From an uncultured Collinsella sp. (lineage in GTDB: Bacteria; Actinomycetota; Coriobacteriia; Coriobacteriales; Coriobacteriaceae), in NCBI GenBank assembly GCA_958405195.1, contig CATYDM010000004.1, positions 12,682-76,681 on the forward strand: 64,000 nt of DNA, read 5' to 3'. The position numbers and the translations under genes are program-made. The notes under the pieces were generated by a model, which searched no databases, was not told the origin of the DNA, and saw only the letters and a list, made by a program, of their open reading frames with translations. This document shows, one piece after another, positions 20,293 through 30,681 of the stretch (within the stretch, counting starts at the first letter, position 1; each line of letters opens with the position of its first letter).

Positions 20293-20627
20293 GCGGAAAA
20301 GGGGGACATGATCCTCAAGCGAACGGCAAAGGGGCAAACCGTTTTCGCTCAACTGCTTTATGCCCCTCGCTCGCCGGCTTAATCGGCTCACGCCGTGCCC
20401 ACACAAAGCCGCTACAGCTGTGACGGAGCTATGAAGTGGTATCTATTGCCGGAGCGGGCTATGCCAAGGAGTGTCCCAGATTGCCGGCAAATAAGGAACG
20501 TCCCCAGGTGCCAGCCGCGGGCGTGACTTTCGTCCCGTTTGATACTCCGCTGACCTAGATGTTCGTCACATGAACCCGCAAACGTGGGACAATGACGCTA
20601 CTGGTATCACAGACAAAGGATGTGCCT

Positions 20628-22574
20628 ATGAACGCTCCCGTTGCCAAGACCTGTCGGCAGCGACGCCTGTTTGCGCGATTTGCTTCCGTCTGCGCGCTCG
20701 TTGCGCTTGCGTTGTTGCTGCTGCCTGCCGCCGCGCACGCCGACGGCTACTCCATGACCCAAACCTACATCGGCGCCACGGTCGAGGCCGATGGCTCGCT
20801 GACCGTTGTCGAGGGACGCCAGTTCGATTTCGATGACGATATCAACGGCGTGTTTTGGGAGATCAATGCGGGCACCAACCAGCAGGGCGGCGCGGCGGGC
20901 GTCGACGTGCTGAGCGTCGAGGAAGAGGACACCGCGTTTAACAAAGTCGATAGCGCGAACAAGGGCGACTCTGGCGTCTACACGGTCGAGCAGACCGGTG
21001 ACGGCGTAAAGATCAAGGTTTTCAGCCCCCACGAGAGCGGCGAAAGCGCGGTCTATTACGTGAGCTACACCATGACCGGTGCGGTCATGAACTGGGCCGA
21101 TACCGCCGAGCTTTACTGGAAATTCGTCGGCGACGGCTGGTCGGCGGATTCCGATGACGTCGAGATGGAAGTTCACTTCGCAAATGCCGCTGCCGGGACG
21201 GCGGCCGTCAAGGGCGACAACTTCCGCGCATGGGGCCACGGTCCGCTGACGGGCGACGTGTCGCTCGATGAGGACGAGCCCATGGTCACCTATACCATTC
21301 CCTGCGTGCATCAGGGCGAATTCGCCGAGGCACGCATCGCCTTCCCCAGCGACTGGGTGCCGCAGCTTGCCGCCTCGGGCGAAGAGCGCATGTCAACGAT
21401 CCTGAGCGAAGAGAAGGAATGGGCCGACGAGGCCAACGCCCGCCGTGAGCACGCGCGTGCGGTTGCCAGCGCGATTGCCGTGGTGTGTGTTGTTGTGGCG
21501 GTTGCCTATACCGGTGTGATCGTGATGCTCAAGCTGCGCAGGCCCAAGCCCAAGCCGCTCTTCCAGGACGAGTACTTCCGCGATGTGCCCTCGGCCGACC
21601 ATCCCGCGGTGCTTGCAGCTCTTATGAGCTGGAACGACGTGCCCGATCAGGCATATATCGCCACACTGATGAAGCTGACCGACGACCGCGTGATCAAGCT
21701 GGAAGAAGCGACCGAGACCAAGAAGAAGGGTCTGCTCCGTCGCGAAAAAGAGGAGCAGACGTATCGCATCACAGTGACCGATGAGGCTTGGAAGGCTGCC
21801 AAGAAGGACGGCATCGATCGCGATGTGCTCAAGGTCTTCTTCGCCGGCGTTAAGCCCGATAAGGACGGAGTCCGTTCGCGCACGTTTAGCGAGCTGGAGG
21901 AGTACGCTAACGAGCGCACCACATCTGTTGGCGACAAGCTCGAGGACTATCAGAGCACGGTTAAGGGCAAGCTGGAGGCGCGCGAGCTTATTGCTTCGGA
22001 TGGCACTATCGCGATGGTGGCCGGCCTGGTTCTCGGCATCATCATTGTCTTTGGCATTCTGGGCTCTCTGTTCTATACCGACTTTGCGGATGCCAACGTC
22101 GGTGCCGCTATGATCTCGATCCCCGTCACGATCGTGGGCTTTGTCCTGAGCTGCACCTTCCGCCGTTACACGCCGGAGGGCGCCGAGGTAGCGGCTCGCT
22201 GCAAGGCGCTTAAGCATTGGCTCGAGGACTTTACGCGCCTGAAGGAGGCCATCCCCAGCGATCTGATTCTGTGGAACAAGCTGCTGGTGATGGGCGTTGC
22301 CCTGGGCGTTTCGAAAGAAGTGCTGCGACAGCTGGCCGAGGCCGTGCCTGCGGACCTGCGCAACAGCGACGATTTCTACGACAACTACCCCTGCTACTGG
22401 TGGTATTACCATCACTACGGCAACGAGTCTCCGCTCGATTCGTTCAATGATGTGTATCACGAGACCATCCGCGAGCTGGCTTCGAGTTCCGATAGCTCGA
22501 GCGGCGGCAGCGGCGGCGGCTTTTCCGGTGGCGGCGGTGGCGGCGTCGGCGGAGGCGGCGGCGGAACGTTCTAG
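20628..22574 (+). CDS. DUF2207-family membrane protein
   Basis: Signal peptide, ELYWKFVG, WGHGP, TMs, C-terminal SSGGSGGGFSGGGGGGVGGGGGG. Confidence 0.9.
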   Translation: MNAPVAKTCRQRRLFARFASVCALVALALLLLPAAAHADGYSMTQTYIGATVEADGSLTVVEGRQFDFDDDINGVFWEINAGTNQQGGAAGVDVLSVEEEDTAFNKVDSANKGDSGVYTVEQTGDGVKIKVFSPHESGESAVYYVSYTMTGAVMNWADTAELYWKFVGDGWSADSDDVEMEVHFANAAAGTAAVKGDNFRAWGHGPLTGDVSLDEDEPMVTYTIPCVHQGEFAEARIAFPSDWVPQLAASGEERMSTILSEEKEWADEANARREHARAVASAIAVVCVVVAVAYTGVIVMLKLRRPKPKPLFQDEYFRDVPSADHPAVLAALMSWNDVPDQAYIATLMKLTDDRVIKLEEATETKKKGLLRREKEEQTYRITVTDEAWKAAKKDGIDRDVLKVFFAGVKPDKDGVRSRTFSELEEYANERTTSVGDKLEDYQSTVKGKLEARELIASDGTIAMVAGLVLGIIIVFGILGSLFYTDFADANVGAAMISIPVTIVGFVLSCTFRRYTPEGAEVAARCKALKHWLEDFTRLKEAIPSDLILWNKLLVMGVALGVSKEVLRQLAEAVPADLRNSDDFYDNYPCYWWYYHHYGNESPLDSFNDVYHETIRELASSSDSSSGGSGGGFSGGGGGGVGGGGGGTF

Positions 22575-22586
22575 CGGTCGTAAATT

Positions 22587-22636
22587 ATGGGATGGGCTTT
22601 TCTCGACAGCCGTCGGGGGAAGCCCATCCCATTTTT
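22587..22636 (+). terminator. Intrinsic terminator
   Basis: ATGGGATGGGCTT...AAGCCCATCCCAT plus T run. Confidence 0.75.
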
Positions 22637-22650
22637 ATGCGCTACCTACG

Positions 22651-22698
22651 AAGGCTGTCCCCAACGACTAGTCACCGGGGACGTTCCTAAATGACTAG
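22651..22698. repeat. REP-like GGGAC-core doublet
   Basis: AAGGCTGTCCCCAACGACTA / TAGTCACCGGGGACGTTCCTAAATGACTA. Confidence 0.75.
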
Positions 22699-22713
22699 GT
22701 ATGGCTGCTGGGC

Positions 22714-23355
22714 CTAGGCTGTTAGGTCGAGTTCGTAGAGGAAGCTTTCGCGCGGCATGTCGTGACGGCGCTCTTCGCGGTTGGCGCGGTGCGTGGCCGT
22801 GCGCTTAAAGCCGTGCAGCTCGTAGAACTTCCACGAGCAGTTGGAGTCGGTGTACAGGTGCGCCCTCGTCGCTCCAAGCGAGGACAGGTGCGAGACCGCG
22901 GCATCGAGCAGAACCGTGCCAACGCCCAGGCCATGGACATCGCGATCCACGGCAAGCAGCGTGACCTCGTTGTCGTGCGGCAACGGGCTGCTCTCGAGCA
23001 GGCGGTTGTTGGTCCGGATGGTTGCGCGCACAAACGAGAGGTACTCGGCGCAGGCATCGGGCTCCAGCTCACGCATCTGCGATAGCAGCGCGCGTTCGGT
23101 ATCCATCCAATGTTCCTTAACGGTGGCGCCGGAGCTCTGTCCTGCGCGTGCAAGCGCAATGCCGCGTGCCTGGCCGTCGATTACGGCAACCTGCGAAAAC
23201 GTCGACGACGAAAGGCAATAGGCGAGGTCGCACGCGGCCTCAAGGCGGTTGTACTCATCGTTATCCGAATTGTTATGCCAAAGCTGCTGCAGAATCAGCG
23301 CGATGGCGTCGAAGTCTTCGGTATCAAACGGTCGGTAGAGAACCCGCGAGACCAT
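22714..23355 (-). CDS. GNAT-family N-acetyltransferase
   Basis: LLAVDRDVHGLGVG, LYTDSNCSWKFYELHGF. Confidence 0.9.
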   Translation of the reverse strand: MVSRVLYRPFDTEDFDAIALILQQLWHNNSDNDEYNRLEAACDLAYCLSSSTFSQVAVIDGQARGIALARAGQSSGATVKEHWMDTERALLSQMRELEPDACAEYLSFVRATIRTNNRLLESSPLPHDNEVTLLAVDRDVHGLGVGTVLLDAAVSHLSSLGATRAHLYTDSNCSWKFYELHGFKRTATHRANREERRHDMPRESFLYELDLTA

Positions 23356-23632
23356 GGTGCCTCTTTCTTTTGCGGATGCATATCGAGCACAGTTCTACCA
23401 CGCCATTGGCATCTAATTATGGTGCCCCTGTGTTCCATGAACTCACCGTGCCCGGTGCCATGCCCATCCCCTCCGCTCGCAAACTTTTTCTGCACATGCG
23501 CCCGTTGCGGGGTGCATCGATGCGCTCGATGCGCTACATTAAATCAGTATTTTCAATGCCGCTGCGCGAGCGCTGCAGATCGACGTATCACCGACTCACA
23601 GAGCACGGCGGCGTACCAGACAGGAGGACTGC

Positions 23633-25240
23633 ATGGGATCTGATGTGAAGATCGCACGCGCGTTGATCTCGGTTACCGATAAGACGGGCGTCGTCGATTT
23701 CGCACGGACGCTGGTTGACGACTTTGGCGTCGAGATCATCTCTACGGGCGGCACGGCTCGTGCCATCGAGGACGCGGGCATTCCCGTAACCCCCATCGAG
23801 GAGTTCACGGGCTATCCCGAGATGATGGACGGCCGCGTTAAGACCCTGCACCCCAAGGTTCATGGCGCGCTGCTGGCCCGCCGCGATTCCGAGCAGCACA
23901 TGCAGGAGGCGGCTCAGCACGGCATTAAGCTGATCGACCTGGTCGTCGTCAACCTGTACGAGTTCGAGAAGACCGTTGCCAACCCCGAGGTCACCTTCGC
24001 GGACGCTATCGAGCACATCGACATCGGTGGCCCCTCCATGCTGCGCTCTGCTGCCAAGAACGCCGCGAGCGTTACCGTCATCTCCGACCCGGCCGACTAT
24101 GATGCCGTCCTGGCCGAGATGCACGAGACCGGTGGCTGCACCACGCTTTCCACCCGTCGTCGCCTGCAGGTGAAGGTCTACCAGACCACCGCCGCCTACG
24201 ACACGGCTATCTCCCGTTGGCTTGCCGCCCAGGCAAGCGACGTGGCGGACACCTCTGCCAAGCTCGAGATTTCGCTGGAGAAGGTCGACGACCTGCGCTA
24301 TGGCGAGAACCCGCAGCAGAAGGCCACGGTCTATCGCTTTGCCGAGGGCTGCGAGAACACCGCGAGCTCGCAGTTCCCGCTCGTGGGCTCCGAGCAGATC
24401 CAGGGCAAGCCGCTCAGCTACAACAACTATCTGGATGCCGACGCCGCTTGGAACCTGGTCCGCGAGTTCGACGAGCCGGCCTGCGTGATCCTCAAGCATC
24501 AGAACCCCTGCGGTTCCGCCGTTGCCGAGGACATCACGGCCGCCTACGACCGCGCTTTCGCCTGCGATCCCAAGAGCGCCTTCGGCGGCATCATCGCCTG
24601 CAACCGCGAGGTTCCCTTTGAGCTGGTTGAGCACTTCGCCGACCAGAACAAGCAGTTCGTCGAGGTCATCATCGCCCCGAGCTACACCGATGAGGCGCTC
24701 GAGCGCATGGCCAAGCGCCCCAACCTGCGCGTGCTGGCTACCGGCGGCGTGGACCACGGCGCCCAGGTGGAGCTGCGCTCCGTCGACGGCGGCATGCTGG
24801 TGCAGGAGGTCGACCACGTGACCGAGGATCCCGCGACCTTTACGTTCCCCACCGACCGCAAGCCCACCGACGCCGAGATGGCCGAGCTCGAGTTTGCCTG
24901 GAAGGTCTGCAAGGGCGTTAAGTCCAACGCCATCCTGATTTCCAAGGACAAGGCCGGCATTGGCATGGGCCCGGGTCAGCCTAACCGCGTTGACTCTGCG
25001 CTGCTTGCCTGCGAGCGCGCCGAGGACTTCTGCGAGCGCGAGGGCGTGGAGAAGGGCGGCTTTGCCTGTGCAAGCGACGCGTTCTTCCCGTTCCGCGACA
25101 ACGTCGACGTGCTTGCTGCACACGGCGTGACCTGCATCATCCAGCCCGGCGGCTCCAAGCGCGATGACGAGAGCATTCAGGCCTGCAACGAGCACAATAT
25201 TGCTATGGTGTTTACGGGCGCCCGCCACTTTAGGCACTAA
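23633..25240 (+). CDS. purH: Bifunctional AICAR transformylase/IMP cyclohydrolase
   Basis: [42 protein letters not shown]. Confidence 0.99.
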   Translation: MGSDVKIARALISVTDKTGVVDFARTLVDDFGVEIISTGGTARAIEDAGIPVTPIEEFTGYPEMMDGRVKTLHPKVHGALLARRDSEQHMQEAAQHGIKLIDLVVVNLYEFEKTVANPEVTFADAIEHIDIGGPSMLRSAAKNAASVTVISDPADYDAVLAEMHETGGCTTLSTRRRLQVKVYQTTAAYDTAISRWLAAQASDVADTSAKLEISLEKVDDLRYGENPQQKATVYRFAEGCENTASSQFPLVGSEQIQGKPLSYNNYLDADAAWNLVREFDEPACVILKHQNPCGSAVAEDITAAYDRAFACDPKSAFGGIIACNREVPFELVEHFADQNKQFVEVIIAPSYTDEALERMAKRPNLRVLATGGVDHGAQVELRSVDGGMLVQEVDHVTEDPATFTFPTDRKPTDAEMAELEFAWKVCKGVKSNAILISKDKAGIGMGPGQPNRVDSALLACERAEDFCEREGVEKGGFACASDAFFPFRDNVDVLAAHGVTCIIQPGGSKRDDESIQACNEHNIAMVFTGARHFRH

Positions 25241-25251
25241 GTAGGGAAGCG

Positions 25252-25369
25252 GCGCTGCGGCTTGCCCAGCCACCGCACCTTGCCGTTCATTCGTCGCTCG
25301 CGTACCCAAGTACGCGTCGCTCCTCTTTCACGGCAATCTGCGGCACCTGGGCAACCCTCGCCGACCTGT
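25252..25369 (+). repeat. Structured ~120-nt intergenic hairpin element, copy 2
   Basis: Same ends and apex as 948-1068 with different but still complementary internal stems. Confidence 0.85.
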
Positions 25370-25515
25370 TAGGTTGACTGGGGAGGACGGGATGTTATCT
25401 CGTCCCTTGAACTGGCCTCGCTTCTAAAATAATCTCCGCAAAAGACGGCTGCTCCGTTTGGAGGGCCGTCTTTTTGGTATAAGAGGACGGAATGACTAAC
25501 ACGAAAGGTACAACC

Positions 25516-26226
25516 ATGCCCCAGATTGATGATGCCGAGCTGTTTGGCAATGCCGAGGATCAGCGTGCGTACGAGGAATTTTGCGCCAATCAGGAGGCGG
25601 TCGAGAAGTTCACGCTCGACAAGCCCGCGCTTGTCTGTCGTTGGCGCATGTCCAACAAAAAGGTGCCCATGCTCAACCGCCACATTCGTGCGCTGTCCGA
25701 GCGCCTGGTGCAGGGCGAGCCGCTTACCCATAACATGCTCAGCTGGGCCAAACAGCACGTTGAGTGGTCGCTTGCCGAGGGCGATTACACCGCACGCGAC
25801 GGCGTGCTCATGCTGGTGATCGACGTCAACGGCAACGCCGCCATGACGGTGGGGGAGTACGAGCCGCTCGCCGATACGTCGGCCAAGGCGCTGCGTGCCC
25901 GTTCCGCCGAGGCCCGCTCCGAGGCCGACGAGACCGGCGTGGCGCCCGAGTTGCTCGCCGCCGTCAACAACGGCGAACTCGCCTTTGTGGCGCCGGCGGA
26001 CGAGTGCCTGTGCGGCACGGCGACGCTCATCGAGCAGCTGGCCCAGACCAAGGGCATCCCGGTCACGCGCGTAGATATTCCCGCGCAGCTTAAGGGCGCG
26101 CTGTTCCTGGTGAGCGACGAGCACGGCGTGGTCCCCGCAACCGAGACGGACGCCGCCGAGGCCGACGCCGCCACGGTCGCCTTCTTCGCCGATGGCTACG
26201 AAAAGCTCCGCGCCCGCCGTTCCTAA
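25516..26226 (+). CDS. Hypothetical protein, possibly degenerate aminotransferase class IV fold
   Basis: GAAAGG SD, genome-like codon usage; weak resemblance only (LNRHIRAL, CLCGT). Confidence 0.7.
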   Translation: MPQIDDAELFGNAEDQRAYEEFCANQEAVEKFTLDKPALVCRWRMSNKKVPMLNRHIRALSERLVQGEPLTHNMLSWAKQHVEWSLAEGDYTARDGVLMLVIDVNGNAAMTVGEYEPLADTSAKALRARSAEARSEADETGVAPELLAAVNNGELAFVAPADECLCGTATLIEQLAQTKGIPVTRVDIPAQLKGALFLVSDEHGVVPATETDAAEADAATVAFFADGYEKLRARRS

Positions 26227-26244
26227 CCTCAAGGTGGGGTGGGC

Positions 26245-27426
26245 TTACTGAAGCGAGCGAGCGCGTTCGATGGCGTAGGCGAGCGACAGCTGCTCCATCT
26301 CCGGGGCGCATTTGTAGCTCAGTCCGGTGAGAGCCGTCACCTTATCGAGGCGATATCGAATCGTGTTCGGGTGCTGGCTAGTCTGCTTGGCGGTTCGCTC
26401 GATACGTCGGTCGTTCTCGATGAATGCGGCGAGCGTTGATTCCAGTTCGCTGCCATGCTCACTGTCGTGCTCGCGTATCGGCGAGAGAATCGCCTCCGAG
26501 AACGATCGCATCTCCGGGGTTTCCGCAAAAGGCATCACGGTTCTCAGGATGCCGAGCTGCGCATAGCGGACGGGGCCCTCGGCTCGTTGACAAGATAGGC
26601 GCTGCGCGTAAATCGCCTGCGAGATCGCCTGCGCCACTGCCTCGTCTCCAAACAGAATATCGCTGATGCCAAGCCCTTCCGCTCCGCCATCGATGCCGCT
26701 AGCCTCGATGAGCTCCGTGAGCGCCTGCACGATTCGCTCCACATCGAGCGTCTGCTCCGAGTCGCTTGTCGCTACGAATAACAGACCTCCGTCATAGGGT
26801 GCCAGCATGTTGTGGCATCCGGCGAGGGTCGATTTTGCACAGAGACGTTCGATTTGCAAAAACGTACGCGGGTCGAGGGGCTCTGCAAACGATGTGAACA
26901 GGGCGACCGCTTCGTCCAGAAATGACGGGTTGAGGCCTCGGATGCGTCGGCAGATGGACTCGGGCGATACGTCTGTCCTCAGGGCATCGATCTCGCGCTG
27001 TGCGAAGTCGATGGACGCGAGCTGCTCGATATGCCGTTTGACCTCATAGATGACGCTGTCAAAGAACAGTGAGTCGTCGGTCGTGAGAAAGACCGGGTAG
27101 TGCCGCGCGTTGGCGTAGCGGATGGCTTGGTCGGGAATCGGGATGTGCAGGACGTTTTTGATGATGAGACCGCTCGTTCCCTTGGCGACGAGGTATTTCA
27201 CGGCTTCAGTGATGAGGTACGGGTCGTCCTTCGCATAGAGGAAGGTGCTGAGGACGATCTCGTCTGAGCTGAAGTTGACGCGCTGGTACTTGTTCTTGAG
27301 GCCGGGCATGAGTTCATAATCGAGGATCCCAACGCCGGAGACGGCACGCGAGATGCCATCGCTGCCGGCGATTAGACGGACCGACCCCTCATATTCCCGT
27401 GAGAAGTCCGAGACGGTGTACAGCAT
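26245..27426 (-). CDS. PucR/CdaR-family transcriptional regulator
   Basis: N-terminal PucR sensor region; C-terminal HTH QHPNTIRYRLDKV. Confidence 0.92.
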   Translation of the reverse strand: MLYTVSDFSREYEGSVRLIAGSDGISRAVSGVGILDYELMPGLKNKYQRVNFSSDEIVLSTFLYAKDDPYLITEAVKYLVAKGTSGLIIKNVLHIPIPDQAIRYANARHYPVFLTTDDSLFFDSVIYEVKRHIEQLASIDFAQREIDALRTDVSPESICRRIRGLNPSFLDEAVALFTSFAEPLDPRTFLQIERLCAKSTLAGCHNMLAPYDGGLLFVATSDSEQTLDVERIVQALTELIEASGIDGGAEGLGISDILFGDEAVAQAISQAIYAQRLSCQRAEGPVRYAQLGILRTVMPFAETPEMRSFSEAILSPIREHDSEHGSELESTLAAFIENDRRIERTAKQTSQHPNTIRYRLDKVTALTGLSYKCAPEMEQLSLAYAIERARSLQ

Positions 27427-27643
27427 CAACATCACCCTGTAAATCACTACAATAAATACCGGCATAAAAAGGATAATCGCACATCCGTATGCCGTTGATG
27501 CGAGAAATAGTTCAAATATATGCTGATGGAACGAAAAATCAGATTGAGAATCGTTGTAGATTCCAACAAGAAATGATCCTTGGCGGCATCGTTACTAAAC
27601 CGTACAGTGAAGCAACGTAAAGCTTTCGCTGAAAGGAGCGATG

Positions 27644-28675
27644 ATGGGGCAGATGGTGGTGCTTTCGGCCGAGGAAGTTTCCAAGGTGCTGACGATCGAG
27701 GATGCAATCGCTGCCGTGGAGGAGACATATCGCCAGAAGGCAACGGGCAAGGGTGTTGCGTGGCCGATGGTATATGAGCAGTTCGAACCCGGCGTGGCCG
27801 ATATGGATATCCGCTCGGGCGAGTTGGCGGGAAGCGGCCTCTTCGGCCTGAAGCTCACTGCTTGGTTCTCTCAGAATCCCAAAAAGGGGCTCCCCGAGAT
27901 CTTTGGCACTACGCTGCTGTGCGACAACGCGACGGGCGAGCCGTTGGCGCTGCTCAATGCCTCCGCCGTCACTGGACTTCGCACCGGTGCTGCCGCTGCG
28001 CTCGGCGCCAAGTGGCTGGCTCGGGCGGATGCGTCCAAACTGCTTGTTGCGGGTGCCGGCCACATGAGCACCTATATGGTGGCGGGCGTGCTCGCCGCCT
28101 GTCCCAAAGTGAGCGAGGTCAAGGTGTGGGAGCCGGTTTCCGATGCCGCGCCCGAGGCTCGCGTCGAGCGCATGCGAGACGAGCTCGCCCATATCTTGGG
28201 CGCTTGCGAGCATGCTCGCGAGGCATCCACCTATTCCATCGAGGCGACGGCCGACGGCCAAGGCGCCGCGGCAGAGGCCGACATCATCGTGACGATCACG
28301 CCTGCGACCAAGCCCATCATCCCCGATGCATGGGTGCGCCCCGGTGCGCATATCTCCTGCGTCGGTGCCGACATGCCCGGCAAGCAGGAGCTCGCCTCGG
28401 CGCTTGTCGCCCGTGCCGCTGTTTACGTCGACGACCGCGAGCAATCGGTCGCGTCCGGCGAGCTGGAGATTCCGGTTGCCGAGGGTGCCATCACACCCGA
28501 GGACATCAAAGCGGAGCTCGGCGAAGTCATCGCCGGCACGGCTACGGGGCGTTCGGATGACGAGCAGGTGACGGTGTTCGATACGTCGGGCATCGCCGTT
28601 CAAGACCTTTCGGCATCGAAAATTGCCTACGACCGCGCCGTCGAGGCGGGGCTGGGCACCGTGGTGGAACTGTAA
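27644..28675 (+). CDS. Ornithine cyclodeaminase / mu-crystallin family protein
   Basis: TGLRTGAA, GAG, VGADMPGKQE, ELGEV, FDTSGIAVQD. Confidence 0.92.
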   Translation: MGQMVVLSAEEVSKVLTIEDAIAAVEETYRQKATGKGVAWPMVYEQFEPGVADMDIRSGELAGSGLFGLKLTAWFSQNPKKGLPEIFGTTLLCDNATGEPLALLNASAVTGLRTGAAAALGAKWLARADASKLLVAGAGHMSTYMVAGVLAACPKVSEVKVWEPVSDAAPEARVERMRDELAHILGACEHAREASTYSIEATADGQGAAAEADIIVTITPATKPIIPDAWVRPGAHISCVGADMPGKQELASALVARAAVYVDDREQSVASGELEIPVAEGAITPEDIKAELGEVIAGTATGRSDDEQVTVFDTSGIAVQDLSASKIAYDRAVEAGLGTVVEL

Positions 28676-28699
28676 GAAAGTCAAGGAAAGGAAACGACA

Positions 28700-29830
28700 A
28701 TGCAGATCAAGGATTTCGCCGTCGAGCAGTGGATGAACGAGTGGGAGACCAAGTGCACCCACAACGTTGCGGAGACGTGCGTCTACTCCCTCACGCTCGA
28801 CCAGCTGTTCGAGCTTACGAACACCGACAAGAAGGCGTGGCTCGATAGCCTGTGCTCGCGCCGATTCACCTACGGAGACATCGAGGGGCAGCCCGGCTTC
28901 CTCGAGGGGGTCGCGCGTCTCTATAAGACGGTCGAGCCCGAGCATATCGTGCCCACGCACGGCGCGACCGGCGCCAACTCCCTGGTTATTTCCACGCTCG
29001 TCGAACCGGGCGATCATGTAGTCTCCGTCAAGCCCACCTACCAGCAGCTTTATTCGATTCCCGAGATGTGCGGTGCGAAGGTCGATATCCTTCAGCTCGA
29101 TCGCAAGAACGGTTACCACGTCGACGTCGACGCACTCGATGCCTTGGTGACCGACGATACCAAGCTCATCTGCATCAATAACCCGGACAACCCCACGGGC
29201 GCCCTGCTCGACGCCGATACGCTCAAGGCGATTGTCGAGGTCGCACGCAAACACGACGCGTGGCTGCTCTGCGACGAGGTCTACCGTCTGCTTACTCAGA
29301 CGGATGAGTACGCCGAGTCCGTGGTCGACCTGTACGACAAGGCCGTCGCCACCGCATCCATGTCCAAGGTCTGGTCGTTCGCCGGCCTGCGTCTGGGCTG
29401 GGCGGTCACCAAGAGCCCGGAGCTCCGTCGCGCGCTGCTCTCGCATCGCGACTACAACCTGATTTCCGCCGGCATATTCAGCGAGTCGGTGGCGGAGCTG
29501 ATTCTGGGCAACGCTTCCGTGATCCTTGAGCGCAGCCGTCGCATCGTCCGTCAGAACCTTGCTGTTCTGGAGAAGTGGGTCGAGAGCGAGCCGCACCTGT
29601 CGTTCGTCAAGCCCGAGGCGGGTAGCACCGCGCTCGTGTATTACGACTACGACATTGACTCCAGGACGTTCTGCACCGACATGATTAAGAAGTCCGGCGC
29701 ACTCGTCACCCCGGGCGATTGCTTCGAGGAGCCCAAGAGCATGCGCATTGGCTATGCATACTCCGATAATACCGACGACCTGCAGAAGGGCCTGGATGCT
29801 ATCTCCGCGTACATGCGTACGCTCGAGTAG
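28700..29830 (+). CDS. PLP-dependent aminotransferase class I/II
   Basis: FAVEQWMN, NNPDNPTG, DEVYR, SMSKVWSFAGLRLGW. Confidence 0.93.
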   Translation: MQIKDFAVEQWMNEWETKCTHNVAETCVYSLTLDQLFELTNTDKKAWLDSLCSRRFTYGDIEGQPGFLEGVARLYKTVEPEHIVPTHGATGANSLVISTLVEPGDHVVSVKPTYQQLYSIPEMCGAKVDILQLDRKNGYHVDVDALDALVTDDTKLICINNPDNPTGALLDADTLKAIVEVARKHDAWLLCDEVYRLLTQTDEYAESVVDLYDKAVATASMSKVWSFAGLRLGWAVTKSPELRRALLSHRDYNLISAGIFSESVAELILGNASVILERSRRIVRQNLAVLEKWVESEPHLSFVKPEAGSTALVYYDYDIDSRTFCTDMIKKSGALVTPGDCFEEPKSMRIGYAYSDNTDDLQKGLDAISAYMRTLE

Positions 29831-29850
29831 AGGCTCGAGGTCGAAGCGAT

Positions 29851-29887
29851 GGGGCCGATCGGTTTAGGACCGGTCGGCCCCTATTTT
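29851..29887 (+). terminator. Intrinsic terminator
   Basis: GGGGCCGATCGGT...ACCGGTCGGCCCC followed by TATTTT. Confidence 0.75.
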
Positions 29888-30000
29888 CTCTCAAGGCTAC
29901 CGAACACTATTGTCACATTAGATGCCCACGGGGTCGCATCGCTGCGACGCCGTGGGCATAATGGTGTGGAAAGTGCAAGTTACGAGAAACGGGAGGACAC

Positions 30001-30672
30001 ATGGCGCTGATTTATGTCGTTGAGGACGACGAGCCCATTCGTCGTGAGCTTGTCGACATCCTTGCCCGCGCCGGGTTTGAAATCGAGGCCTGCGAATCGT
30101 TCGAGCATGTCTCGCGCGATATTCTCGCCGCCGCGCCCGACCTGGTGCTGCTCGACCTCACGCTTCCCGTCAAGGACGGCCAGCATATCTGCCACGAGGT
30201 TCGCCGCGAATCCGAGGTCCCCATCATCGTCCTCACCTCGCGCACGACCGAGATCGACGAGGTCATGGCCATGACGCTCGGCGCGGACGACTTTGTTCCC
30301 AAGCCCTATAGCGCGCGCGTGCTCGTGGCGCGCATCAACGCACTGCTGCGTCGCACCGCGGCGTCAGGCGAGCGCAGCACACTTGTCCACAAGGGGCTGG
30401 AGCTTGACCTCGCCCGCTCCATGGTCACCAACACGCAAACCGGCACTAGCACCGAGCTCACCAAAAACGAGCTGCGTATCCTCTCGCTGCTCTTGGGTCG
30501 CGCGGGCAAGATCGTTTCGCGCTCGGCCATCATGCAGGACCTGTGGGACTCCGACGCCTTCGTGGACGACAATACGCTCACCGTCAACATCAACCGCCTG
30601 CGCACCACGCTCGAAAAAATCGGCATCAAGGGGTATTTGACCACGCATCGCGGCCAAGGCTATTCGGTCTAG
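30001..30672 (+). CDS. OmpR-family response regulator (BceR/GraR-like)
   Basis: VEDD, LLD, GADDFVPKP, LTKNE, FVDDNTLTVNINRLR. Confidence 0.93.
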   Translation: MALIYVVEDDEPIRRELVDILARAGFEIEACESFEHVSRDILAAAPDLVLLDLTLPVKDGQHICHEVRRESEVPIIVLTSRTTEIDEVMAMTLGADDFVPKPYSARVLVARINALLRRTAASGERSTLVHKGLELDLARSMVTNTQTGTSTELTKNELRILSLLLGRAGKIVSRSAIMQDLWDSDAFVDDNTLTVNINRLRTTLEKIGIKGYLTTHRGQGYSV

Positions 30673-30681
30673 GGGCCGGCT

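Noticed and set aside
20325..20435. c-di-GMP-I riboswitch (GGCAAACC ... CAAAGCC)
   Set aside because: Fragments are too far apart and lack the GAAA-capped P2 and adjacent GGGACGCAAAG arrangement
12866..20600. Prophage or integrative island at tRNA-Leu
   Set aside because: No integrase, phage or conjugation genes; the att-like duplication encloses only 196 bp
22495..22570. GGC microsatellite / contingency repeat
   Set aside because: Encodes the normal poly-Gly tail of DUF2207 proteins
23400..23632. ZTP (pfl) riboswitch before purH
   Set aside because: Expected by context, but the characteristic GACUGGCG...CGCCUGGG blocks were not found by eye
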